Below are positions 52,232 to 60,611 of a stretch of 64,000 nucleotides of DNA, piece after piece. The notes beneath the pieces were generated by a model. It saw nothing but the letters and a program-made list of their open reading frames with translations. It had not been told where the DNA came from and searched no databases. The DNA is from Bacteroidales bacterium (GTDB lineage Bacteria > Bacteroidota > Bacteroidia > Bacteroidales > JBDKHP01). A program made the position numbers and the translations under genes. The number at the start of each line of letters is the position of its first letter. Position 1 is the stretch's first letter. The stretch covers positions 1,928,270 to 1,992,269 of the forward strand of contig CBDDLB010000006.1 of assembly GCA_965230435.1 (NCBI GenBank), read 5' to 3'.

Positions 52232-52882
52232 ATGAATAATGGATCAATTTCAATTTGTATGGGCAACAAAAGAGAACCTTTCTTTCCAAATACAACTTAT
52301 CACATATGGAATCACGCAATTGAACCAACCAACATATTTTGCAACAAAGAGAATTATCGCTACTTTCTAGAACGCTATGCTCACTACATCAACCCAATTG
52401 CAGATACTTTTGCTTACTGTCTGATGCCTAATCATTTTCATATTTTATTGCAAATAAAGGGTGATGTTGAGCTTCGGGATTTCTTCTTTCCTGAAGAAAA
52501 GGAATCTTTGTCCGATTCTACTTTATCCAGACAGATTTCAATGCAGTTTGGCAAATTCTTCAATGCCTACGTAAAAGCTTACAACAAAAGTTATGAGCGC
52601 AAAGGTCCGTTGTTCTGGCAGGAACTTTATCGTAGAAGTGTGGAAACAGAGGAATATTTTCGGAATTTAGTTCATTACATTCACCACAATCCAGTTCATC
52701 ACGGTTTTGTTGATGATTTTCGAGATTGGGAGCATTCTTCGTATGCTAGTTTTCTTAGTCCCAAAATGAGTAAGCTAAAGCGGCAAGAGGTTTTGAAATG
52801 GTATGGTGATATTGATGAGTTTGTGATATTTCACCAGAAGGAAATTGAAGAACGGGTGGCAATTCAATTTGATGATTTATAA
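52232..52882 (+). CDS. Y1 (HUH) transposase, IS200-like / REP-associated tyrosine transposase (RAYT)-like
   Basis: HUH motif (MPNHFHILLQ) and a C-terminal Tyr motif (LVHYIHHNPVHHG). An alternative start is ATG 52259 (MGNKREPFF). Confidence 0.8.
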   Translation: MNNGSISICMGNKREPFFPNTTYHIWNHAIEPTNIFCNKENYRYFLERYAHYINPIADTFAYCLMPNHFHILLQIKGDVELRDFFFPEEKESLSDSTLSRQISMQFGKFFNAYVKAYNKSYERKGPLFWQELYRRSVETEEYFRNLVHYIHHNPVHHGFVDDFRDWEHSSYASFLSPKMSKLKRQEVLKWYGDIDEFVIFHQKEIEERVAIQFDDL

Positions 52883-52892
52883 CGTTTAACGG

Positions 52893-52927
52893 TAGTCCCG
52901 ACGGGTTTTAAAAACCCGTCGGGACTA
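52893..52927. repeat. REP-like palindromic hairpin (right flank of RAYT-like gene)
   Basis: TAGTCCCGACGGG-ttttaaaaa-CCCGTCGGGACTA lies 10 nt after the RAYT-like stop and 5 nt before the convergent gene's stop. Confidence 0.85.
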
Positions 52928-52931
52928 AAAA

Positions 52932-55900
52932 CTATCGGGCAGCAAATTCCTCATCAGCAAACAAAACCAAATAATCACCACCAAAATTAAAATGAGGAGC
53001 ATGGTTAGTGCCGTTGGTGATAAACATACGGAATTTCTCATCATTGGCAGCAGGTAACAAGCTCATTGCTTCATCGCGGGCTTCGCTGATTTCGTTGATG
53101 CCGTTTACACCCAATTGCTTCAACAGATCAACCGACTGTTCGAAGCTTGTGCGTTCGACTTTTGCAGAGCATTCAGCCTCGAAAGTTTGGATCATCCGTT
53201 GAGTGTTGGTGTAGCTTCCGCCCTGTTCCATCGGTAAGCTGGCAGGTAAGATAATGTCTGCCATGTGGGCGGTTTCGCTCATGAAATTATCTTGTACAAC
53301 AACAAAATCCGCTTTAGTAAACCAAGATCGGGCTTCTTCCGCATCTTCGGCTGTTCCTACAGGATCTTCGCCGAATACGAACAGGTTGCGAAGTTTTTCA
53401 CCTTCAAGAAGAGCCTCAACATCATTAATATTCGTTGGTAGCGCATCCACGTTCCAGCTTTCTTGCAGTTTTCCGGTCAACTGATCAATCGCTTGCTGGC
53501 CAACACCATTTGCTTCACAGACGCCCATATCCCAAAGACCTTGACTGTTGTTCTTCTCTTTGAGTGATAACAGGCCGCTTGCAGTTTTTCCCAATTTTCC
53601 TGTAATCAGAGCCAAGTTGAACAGTTCACGTGCAGTCTGAGACGATACATGATTTTCAGAAAAAACAAGCACGGCGTTTGACTCTTCGTTAAACAAATTT
53701 GCAAAATGCACCACTGTACCACGGCAACATGGAATTGCCTTATGCACCAGCTCTTCGTAATCCTCTTTCAGCAATTCAGTTTTGTATTCCTCAAAACCTT
53801 CTACACGGCCATCAATGAAGAACTGATTTTGCAGACCTTTGCGCAGCAAATAATGATTTACGGCGCGCACAAAGTAGTAATAACTTTCGATTTCGGTATA
53901 GTGATCCACTTTGTGCTTCATCGAAGATTCCTCTTTCGTCGTTAACAGCTCAATAGGAACACCGTATTGCATACGGGCAGAGTTGATGAAGAAGCTTGCA
54001 ACGCCATTTTCGTTATTAGGCTCAGAGCCGAACACAAAAATGCGGCTTGCATATTTTAATTCAGAAAAAGGAACATTTGCCGTACTGGTAAAACCATAAT
54101 CTCCACGCCCCAAATAATGGAAACTGCTGACATTGTTGGTTTTTGCTCCTGCACGAGCCAGCTTTTGGATCATGTATTGTTCCTCGTTAGTAAGACGTGC
54201 TCCTGCAAAGAATGCATTTTCGTCTGGTGAGACGGCCTTGATTTTGTTTTTTATTGTAGTATAAGCCTCTTCGAATGAAATCTCAACGAACCCGTCACCT
54301 TGCTTTTTCAAAGGTTTTGTAATACGCTTGCTATCGTTTAAATATGTGTAGCCAAAGCGGGGCAATTTACAGATATTACCATCTGCATTTACCATACCCT
54401 CAGCTCCATCTACCTTCATCACGTAACCGTTGTGGTGCTGAACTTCAATCTTACAACCAATAGAACAGTAGTTGCAGATGGTTTCGTAGCTTTCCAGCTC
54501 AACAGGCCCAGGTTTGAAGGTAACATTCTCAGAGATAGCACCCGTCGGACAAGTTGAGATACACATGCCGCACGATTCGCACTTAGTTTCCGTTAGGGAT
54601 TTTCCCATTGCAGGAGCAACATAGGTATCGAAACCGCGATTAATCAAGCCTAAAGCATCAGCCCCCACAACATCCTTACAGATGCGGATACAACGAGAAC
54701 ACAAAATACACTTGTTGCTATCGATTTCTACAAATGGGTGCGAAAAATCAACCTTATACTCTTTGAATTCTCCAGCGTAGCGGTTTTGCTCAACTCCGTA
54801 TTCAGAGGCATATTTCTTTAGATCGCAAGTAAAAAATTCTACACAGCCGCATTCAAGACAACGTTGAGCTTCTTCGCGTACCATCGGTTCGTCGTAGCCC
54901 AATTCCACCTCGTTGAAGTTGAAACGCTCAACAGGAGCCAATACTGGCATTTCTTTACGTTTCTGTGTATCGTAATTTGTTGCGTAATCTTTAGATTCCT
55001 GTGTTTTGAAATTCGATTTCTTCGAAAGGAACTCTTGAGGTTCAGGTTTCAATTCTTCCCCAGAAAGAAACTGTTGAACACTGCGTGCCGCAATCTTGGC
55101 CTGAGCGATAGATTCGATCAAAGTTGCAGGGCCTGTTACTCCATCACCGGCGGCGAAAAGCGAAGGGATACCAGTCTGTAAAGTTGCTTCATCAGCATTG
55201 ATATTGCCCCAACGGTTTACTTTCAGTTCGCCATTTTTTGCATGAGTGTTGATGCCTTCAAGGAACTCAACCTTCGTTTTCTGACCAATTGCCGCCAGCA
55301 CATAATCCAGTTTCAGCTCAAACTCAGAACCTTCTATTGGCACAGGACGGCGACGACCAGAAGCATCTGGTTCTCCAAGTTCCATACGCAACAACGTCAT
55401 CGACTTTAGGCATCCATTTTCATCCTTGTTGATTCTTGCAGGATTCGTAAGGAAAAGATATTCAATGCCCTCTTCTTTCGATTCGTGAATTTCGATTGGG
55501 TTGGCAGGCATTTCTTTTTCGGTACGACGATAAATCACGTAAGTTTTTTCAGCACCGCAGCGCATCGAAGTACGACAACAGTCCATAGCTGTGTTTCCTC
55601 CACCTACAACAGCAACTGTTTTACCAGAGAAATCGTATTTCTGACCTGTCATTTCCATATTTCTCAGAAAATCTATTCCCGACAGAACACCCTCAGCATC
55701 ATCGCCGTCAACACCAACTTTTGTTCCTGCCTGCGATCCGATTGTCAGCACAACAGCATCGTAATTGTCCTGAAGGTTTTTGTAGCTTAGGTTGTCGCCA
55801 AGTTTTTGATTGAAGAAGATGTTCGCTCCAATCTCGCGGATACAGTTTATTTCCCGATCCAACAGATCGTTTGGCAAACGGTATTCTGGAATACCATAGC

Positions 55901-56603
55901 GCAACATTCCGCCTGCATGTGAACTGGCTTCGTAAACATCGCACTGATGACCTTTTTGTTGTAGGAAATAAGCCGTGGAAATTCCGCCCGGGCCAGCTCC
56001 GATAATCGCAACTTTCTTCCCTGTAGATGACGCAACTTCTGGTATATAATGTTTTTCTGATTGTAAATCGTAATCCGCAGCAAAACGCTTCATGTAGTCG
56101 ATGCCCACAGGTGCGCCTTCGTCCATTAAATTACGACGGCAGGCAACTTCGCAAGGACGCACGCACACACGTCCGCAGATAGCTGGAAGTGGGTTCACTT
56201 CTTTGATCAGTGCAGTGGCTTCTTCGTACATCCCCTTGTCGATAAGCGAGATGTAGCCCTGAACATCAACTCCTGCGGGACAGGTGTCTTTACACGGCGC
56301 CTGACAGTCGGCATAGTGATTACTGAGCAGTAAATCCAAAGCTGTCTTTCGCGCCTTGCGTACCTTTTCGTTATCTGTGTTGATCACCATGCCTTCCACT
56401 ACACGCGTAGAACATGATGTCTGCAAACTACGCGCCCCCTCTACCTCTACAACGCATACAAAACACGAAGAATAGGGTTCAAGGCGCGGATCGTGACATA
56501 GCGTCGGAATTTCTACTCCATGACGCTCGGCTGCTTTTAGTATGGTTTCCCCGTCGTAGGCTTTTACTATTTTGCCGTTTAGGGTTATATTTAGTTCTTT
56601 CAT
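52932..56603 (-). CDS. fusion oxidoreductase: [2Fe-2S] ferredoxin + GltD-type NAD(P)H/FAD module + [4Fe-4S] clusters + truncated molybdopterin-oxidoreductase-like (NuoG-like) domain
   Basis: Domains N- to C-terminus: 2Fe-2S (TLCHDPRLEPYSSCFVCVVEV); GltD-like Fe-S plus dinucleotide folds (KVAIIGAGPGGISTAYFL, GGMLRYGIPEYRLP, KTVAVVGGGNTAMDC); 2x[4Fe-4S] (CILCSRCIRIC, CESCGMCISTCP); MopB Fe4S4 (CNYCSIGC). The MopB body ends without an obvious C-terminal MGD-binding barrel. Confidence 0.75.
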   Translation of the reverse strand: MKELNITLNGKIVKAYDGETILKAAERHGVEIPTLCHDPRLEPYSSCFVCVVEVEGARSLQTSCSTRVVEGMVINTDNEKVRKARKTALDLLLSNHYADCQAPCKDTCPAGVDVQGYISLIDKGMYEEATALIKEVNPLPAICGRVCVRPCEVACRRNLMDEGAPVGIDYMKRFAADYDLQSEKHYIPEVASSTGKKVAIIGAGPGGISTAYFLQQKGHQCDVYEASSHAGGMLRYGIPEYRLPNDLLDREINCIREIGANIFFNQKLGDNLSYKNLQDNYDAVVLTIGSQAGTKVGVDGDDAEGVLSGIDFLRNMEMTGQKYDFSGKTVAVVGGGNTAMDCCRTSMRCGAEKTYVIYRRTEKEMPANPIEIHESKEEGIEYLFLTNPARINKDENGCLKSMTLLRMELGEPDASGRRRPVPIEGSEFELKLDYVLAAIGQKTKVEFLEGINTHAKNGELKVNRWGNINADEATLQTGIPSLFAAGDGVTGPATLIESIAQAKIAARSVQQFLSGEELKPEPQEFLSKKSNFKTQESKDYATNYDTQKRKEMPVLAPVERFNFNEVELGYDEPMVREEAQRCLECGCVEFFTCDLKKYASEYGVEQNRYAGEFKEYKVDFSHPFVEIDSNKCILCSRCIRICKDVVGADALGLINRGFDTYVAPAMGKSLTETKCESCGMCISTCPTGAISENVTFKPGPVELESYETICNYCSIGCKIEVQHHNGYVMKVDGAEGMVNADGNICKLPRFGYTYLNDSKRITKPLKKQGDGFVEISFEEAYTTIKNKIKAVSPDENAFFAGARLTNEEQYMIQKLARAGAKTNNVSSFHYLGRGDYGFTSTANVPFSELKYASRIFVFGSEPNNENGVASFFINSARMQYGVPIELLTTKEESSMKHKVDHYTEIESYYYFVRAVNHYLLRKGLQNQFFIDGRVEGFEEYKTELLKEDYEELVHKAIPCCRGTVVHFANLFNEESNAVLVFSENHVSSQTARELFNLALITGKLGKTASGLLSLKEKNNSQGLWDMGVCEANGVGQQAIDQLTGKLQESWNVDALPTNINDVEALLEGEKLRNLFVFGEDPVGTAEDAEEARSWFTKADFVVVQDNFMSETAHMADIILPASLPMEQGGSYTNTQRMIQTFEAECSAKVERTSFEQSVDLLKQLGVNGINEISEARDEAMSLLPAANDEKFRMFITNGTNHAPHFNFGGDYLVLFADEEFAAR

Positions 56604-56741
56604 GACTTTTTGATGGGTTTCTCTTCGGAATAATTACTAGTTATGAACAATGCACATCCTTGAACATTCAGATGTTTTTTGCTGATGCTTCGGGTAAGGT
56701 GTTTGAAATTGTTGGGTGATTTGTTTCTGTTAGTATTATTC

Positions 56742-56875
56742 GCCCCCTATATCCCCCTAAAGGGGGGACTCAAATACTATATGTTTCTGAAAATTCATTA
56801 CCTCAAACTATTTTCAGAAAGGCTTGTCAAGAAAAAATCACTAACCAAGTCCCCCTTCAGGGGGATATAGGGGGC
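56742..56875. mobile_element. MITE-like 134-bp element with 28-29-nt terminal inverted repeats
   Basis: Left arm GCCCCCTATATCCCCCTAAAGGGGGGACT; right arm AGTCCCCCTTCAGGGGGATATAGGGGGC. Each arm contains its own CCCCC/GGGGG hairpin. The inner part holds a second inverted pair, TTTCTGAAAAT/ATTTTCAGAAA. Confidence 0.7.
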
Positions 56876-56900
56876 AAACCAACAACCAATCAACCAAAAA

Positions 56901-58679
56901 TCAACTAAGCCCAATAGCATCAAACTTACACTTAGAATAACAAGCCCCACACTTAATACACAACTCCTGATCAATCAGGTGCACAGCCTTACGCTCACCG
57001 CTGATAGCATCCGTAGGACAATTCTTAGCACAAACCGTACAGCCCGTGCAGGCATCAGCAATAATGGTGTAAGTGAGCAGTTGAGTACAACTTTTCGCAG
57101 GACACTTCTTGTCGCGGATATGAGCCTCGTATTCATTGCGGAAATACTTGATTGTCGTCAGCACAGGATTCGGAGCAGTCTGACCAAGTCCACAGAGCGA
57201 ACTATCCTTGATCTGGTGAGAAAGCTCCTCCAATGTTTCAATATCACTCTCAACACCTTCACCTTTAGTAATGCGCGTAAGAATTTCCAACATACGCTTC
57301 GTGCCGATACGGCAGAACGTACACTTGCCACACGATTCCTTTTGCGTAAAATCCAAGAAGAAACGCGCCATATCCACCATGCACGTCGTTTCGTCCATCA
57401 CCACCATGCCACCAGAGCCCATAATCGCACCCGTCGCATTCACTTTATCATAATCCACAGGAGTATCGGCCAGATATTCAGGCACACAGCCACCAGAAGG
57501 TCCACCGAGCTGAACAGCCTTAAACTCCTTGCCGCCCTGAATACCACCGCCCAGTTTGAAGATAATATCGCGGATGCTCATTCCCATTGGCACTTCCACC
57601 AGACCGCCATGGTTCACCTTTCCAGTCAAAGCAAACACCTTTGTACCTTTGGATTTCTCAGTGCCATATTTGCTGTACGAATCAGCACCATTGAGCAGAA
57701 TGTAAGGAATGTTCGAGTACGTTTCAACATTGTTGATGTTCGTAGGCTGGCTCCAGAGCCCCTTTTCGGCAGGAAACGGAGGACGTTTTCGTGGCATACC
57801 ACGCTCACCCTCAATAGAAGCTATAAGAGCAGTTTCCTCGCCACAGACAAATGCCCCAGCACCCTCTTTCACATACAGGTCGAAGTTGAAACCTACAATT
57901 CCACAAGCATTCTCTCCAAGATACCCCTTCGCACGAGCCTGATCAAGCGCAAGGTTCAGACGCTTAATCGCCAGCGGATACTCAGCACGGCAATAAATAA
58001 CACCGCCCGTAGCCTGCATAGCATAAGCCCCAATGATCATCCCTTCGATAACAGCATGCGGGTCGCCCTCCAAAATCGAACGATCCATAAACGCCCCAGG
58101 ATCACCCTCGTCGGCATTACAGAGCACATACTTTTCGTCGGACTTATTATTGTAAGCAAACTTCCACTTCATTCCTGTTGGGAAACCGCCGCCGCCACGT
58201 CCTCGGATGCCCGAATCCAGAACAGTCTGTATCACATCCGTTGGCGGAGTTTTATCCGTTGCTATCTTTTTAATGGCCACATAGCCATCATTAGCCTCAT
58301 AATTCTCAATCGATTCGGGGTCGATGTGCCCACAGTGGCGCAATGCAATTTTCACCTGCCCCTCCCAGTAAACATCATCATCCGTCGTGAACATGTCCGA
58401 TTTCACCACATACCCCTTCACCACTTCCCCCAGATGCACATGCTTCTCAACCAATTCCGTCGCACGCATCTCATCCACCTCGCCATACAGGTAGCTGCCA
58501 TCCTCGTCAATCACCTCAACAAGAGGCTCGCGGTAACACATACCCACGCAAGAGGTCTTCTCAAGTTCAAACTCGTAATTCTCCTTGTCACGCAGCTCTT
58601 CCAGCCTAGCGTACACCTTATTGGCACCCGCAGCTATGCCGCAACTGCCAAGCCCTACAATTACTTTTGGCTTTGCCAT
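56901..58679 (-). CDS. NuoF/HydB-like NADH-binding FMN Fe-S subunit with extra N-terminal [2Fe-2S] and C-terminal 2x[4Fe-4S] domains
   Basis: Start at ATG 58679 (MAKPKVIVGLGSCGIAAG). Motifs: FMN GRGGGGFPTGMKW; N3-cluster CGKCTFCRIG; C-terminal CTGCTVCAKNCP and CIKCGACYSKC. Confidence 0.88.
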   Translation of the reverse strand: MAKPKVIVGLGSCGIAAGANKVYARLEELRDKENYEFELEKTSCVGMCYREPLVEVIDEDGSYLYGEVDEMRATELVEKHVHLGEVVKGYVVKSDMFTTDDDVYWEGQVKIALRHCGHIDPESIENYEANDGYVAIKKIATDKTPPTDVIQTVLDSGIRGRGGGGFPTGMKWKFAYNNKSDEKYVLCNADEGDPGAFMDRSILEGDPHAVIEGMIIGAYAMQATGGVIYCRAEYPLAIKRLNLALDQARAKGYLGENACGIVGFNFDLYVKEGAGAFVCGEETALIASIEGERGMPRKRPPFPAEKGLWSQPTNINNVETYSNIPYILLNGADSYSKYGTEKSKGTKVFALTGKVNHGGLVEVPMGMSIRDIIFKLGGGIQGGKEFKAVQLGGPSGGCVPEYLADTPVDYDKVNATGAIMGSGGMVVMDETTCMVDMARFFLDFTQKESCGKCTFCRIGTKRMLEILTRITKGEGVESDIETLEELSHQIKDSSLCGLGQTAPNPVLTTIKYFRNEYEAHIRDKKCPAKSCTQLLTYTIIADACTGCTVCAKNCPTDAISGERKAVHLIDQELCIKCGACYSKCKFDAIGLS

Positions 58680-58777
58680 GGTTTCGATTTTATTCGAATA
58701 ACTGAATAATAGACTCATAGAATAATTGAATGTCAGTTCGGACAATCATTCTATTATTCATTTATTCCCTTATTCAA

Positions 58778-59299
58778 TTATTGTTTTCTCCTGATGTCCT
58801 TTACCACCTTAACAGCCGCCTTGCCATCCAGCTTACCATAAGTTTCCTCTCCGATCATCATCACGGGAGCAAGAGAGCAGCACCCAAGGCAGGCAACCGA
58901 TTCCAGCGTGAACAGCCCGTCGGGCGTAGTTTCGCCATCCTCTATCTCCAAGGCATCCGCAAGCGCTTCCGTAACCTTCGATGCATTCTGCACGTGGCAG
59001 GCCGTTCCATGACACACCTTTACGATGTGCTTGCCCACAGGCTTCAACCTGAACTGAGCATAAAAAGTAGCCACACCATAAAGGTCGCTTTCCTTAAGCC
59101 CCGTTTCCGATGCAATTTTCTCGAAAGCAACAGTCGGGATATAATTGTAAATCTCCTGAACCCCCTGCAACAAAGGGATCGTACTACCTTTTTTGTTTCT
59201 GAATTTCTCTATCAGCGGATCAATCAGTTTAAGGTCTATCTCCCCATTGGCAGGCAAAGATTGGGGAGATTCGCTGGTCAACACTCGTTTTACTCGCAT
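58778..59299 (-). CDS. NuoE/HydC-like thioredoxin-fold [2Fe-2S] subunit
   Basis: Cys pattern CHGTACHV ... CLGCCSLAPV in 173 aa. Confidence 0.85.
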   Translation of the reverse strand: MRVKRVLTSESPQSLPANGEIDLKLIDPLIEKFRNKKGSTIPLLQGVQEIYNYIPTVAFEKIASETGLKESDLYGVATFYAQFRLKPVGKHIVKVCHGTACHVQNASKVTEALADALEIEDGETTPDGLFTLESVACLGCCSLAPVMMIGEETYGKLDGKAAVKVVKDIRRKQ

Positions 59300-59552
59300 G
59301 TTGTGCTATAGTTTAGTGTCCGTATATCCAAAAGTCAATCTAACGAATAAAGTAAATGAGAATTTCATTTAGAAACATTTTATATTAAGGCACTTAAGGG
59401 ACATTTCATGACACATGGGGAGTTTTGAGTTTCGGAGTTTTGAGTTTTGTTCACTTTCGCCAGCTCACTGGTCATTAACCCTGATAACTCGCCAGCCAAT
59501 TAATAATTACGAACTAATAATTAATAATTTGAGGAGCAAAGCTCCTGTGCTT

Positions 59553-59712
59553 CCCCCAGCAGCGTCGCGCTTTCCGCTACAAGTCCTCGCCACGGGAGCT
59601 GTTCCACATCGGCCCGGCAGTCTATTCCGCTCCCGCTACATAGCTGCCAGACCGTGTGTCACTAGCCCCCGTGGCTGTGGGCTTTCCGCTGCAATCGCGG
59701 CTAATTTTAGAG
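59553..59712. repeat. family-B GC-rich structured repeat, copy 2 (inverted)
   Basis: The reverse complement reads GCGATTGCAGCGGAAAGCCCACAGCCACGGGGGC...GGAATAGACTGCCGGGCCGATGTGGAACAGCTCCCGTGGCGAGGACTTGTAGCGGAAAGCGCG. Confidence 0.75.
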
Positions 59713-59770
59713 CGTTGTCCTTTGCTCCAACATTGCTTTTTTTGGTAGGGTTGATAATGATCTGATAGTT

Positions 59771-59803
59771 AGACCCGATGGGTTTTGAAAACCTATCGGG
59801 TCT
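59771..59803. repeat. orphan REP-like hairpin of the RAYT-flanking type
   Basis: AGACCCGATGGG-ttttgaaaa-CCTATCGGGTCT has the same stem family as 52199..52231. Confidence 0.8.
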
Positions 59804-60611
59804 GCTATGGGTTGCTATCGTTCATGAAAACATTTACTGGTTGATATAACTTAATGGCACTATATAAGTGTATTTTATCTACTTTAGGAGAACTAAAGCA
59901 AGAGACAGCACATACTGCAATCAACTGTTATAGTTTATTTTGACATTATTGCATAACCTAAAAAATATTATGAATACAGAAATAAAAGCTTTACAAGTAA
60001 AATATGGAGACTGTTTTATTATTAAAACATTCGATAATAAGGGCGAAGAATTTAACATTTTGATGGATGGTGGTCCCGGTAATTCATTTTTAGCGGTATT
60101 GAAAAGAGAATTACAAGACAAACCTAAAATTGACTTGTTGATAATTACTCATATAGATGATGACCATATTAAGGGGTTAAACAATTTTCTAAAGAGTTCT
60201 CTGGCTGGAAAGGTTAAAATTGAAAATGTTCTAATTAATGCAAAAAACCTAAAACGGTTTGCTGATGGAAAAGAACTATCTTATGCATCAGTAATTGATT
60301 TTGAAAAGAAAATTCTTAAAAAATATCCTGACATAAATATTTACGGTGATTGTGTATGTGACGAACCTGATAGAAATTCAGTTTTATTTCGAAATGAGAG
60401 CATTAAAATAAATATTCTTTCCCCAAATAGAGAGTGTCTGACATATTTGTACACTGAAGAGGATAAGCGTTATAAGGTTAATAAATGGCATGATGTCGAA
60501 TTAGAACATTTAAAGGAAACAGGACAGTTGAGTGAACCTGTTGAGCAGGATGAAGAAACTATTCCTGACATATATGAATTAGCTCAAGCTGATGATATTG
60601 ATAAAAATAAG

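Noticed and set aside
56979-58709. 576-aa ORF on the plus strand in the supplied track.
   Set aside because: It lies fully antisense to the NuoF-like gene, which has unambiguous FMN and Fe-S motifs. Its translation is low-complexity (R/H/T/I-rich) with no recognisable motifs. It is best explained by codon and GC bias of the real gene.
59421-59450. Short tandem GAGTTTTG repeats as a possible CRISPR or other array.
   Set aside because: The units are about 8 nt with no spacers, far too short for CRISPR. This is simple-sequence repetition only.
59415-59765. 116-aa ORF upstream of the NuoE-like gene.
   Set aside because: It is composed entirely of short tandem repeats plus the GC-rich family-B repeat. 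It has no motif and no ribosome-binding context, and the same repeat elsewhere (49017-49170) is not coding.
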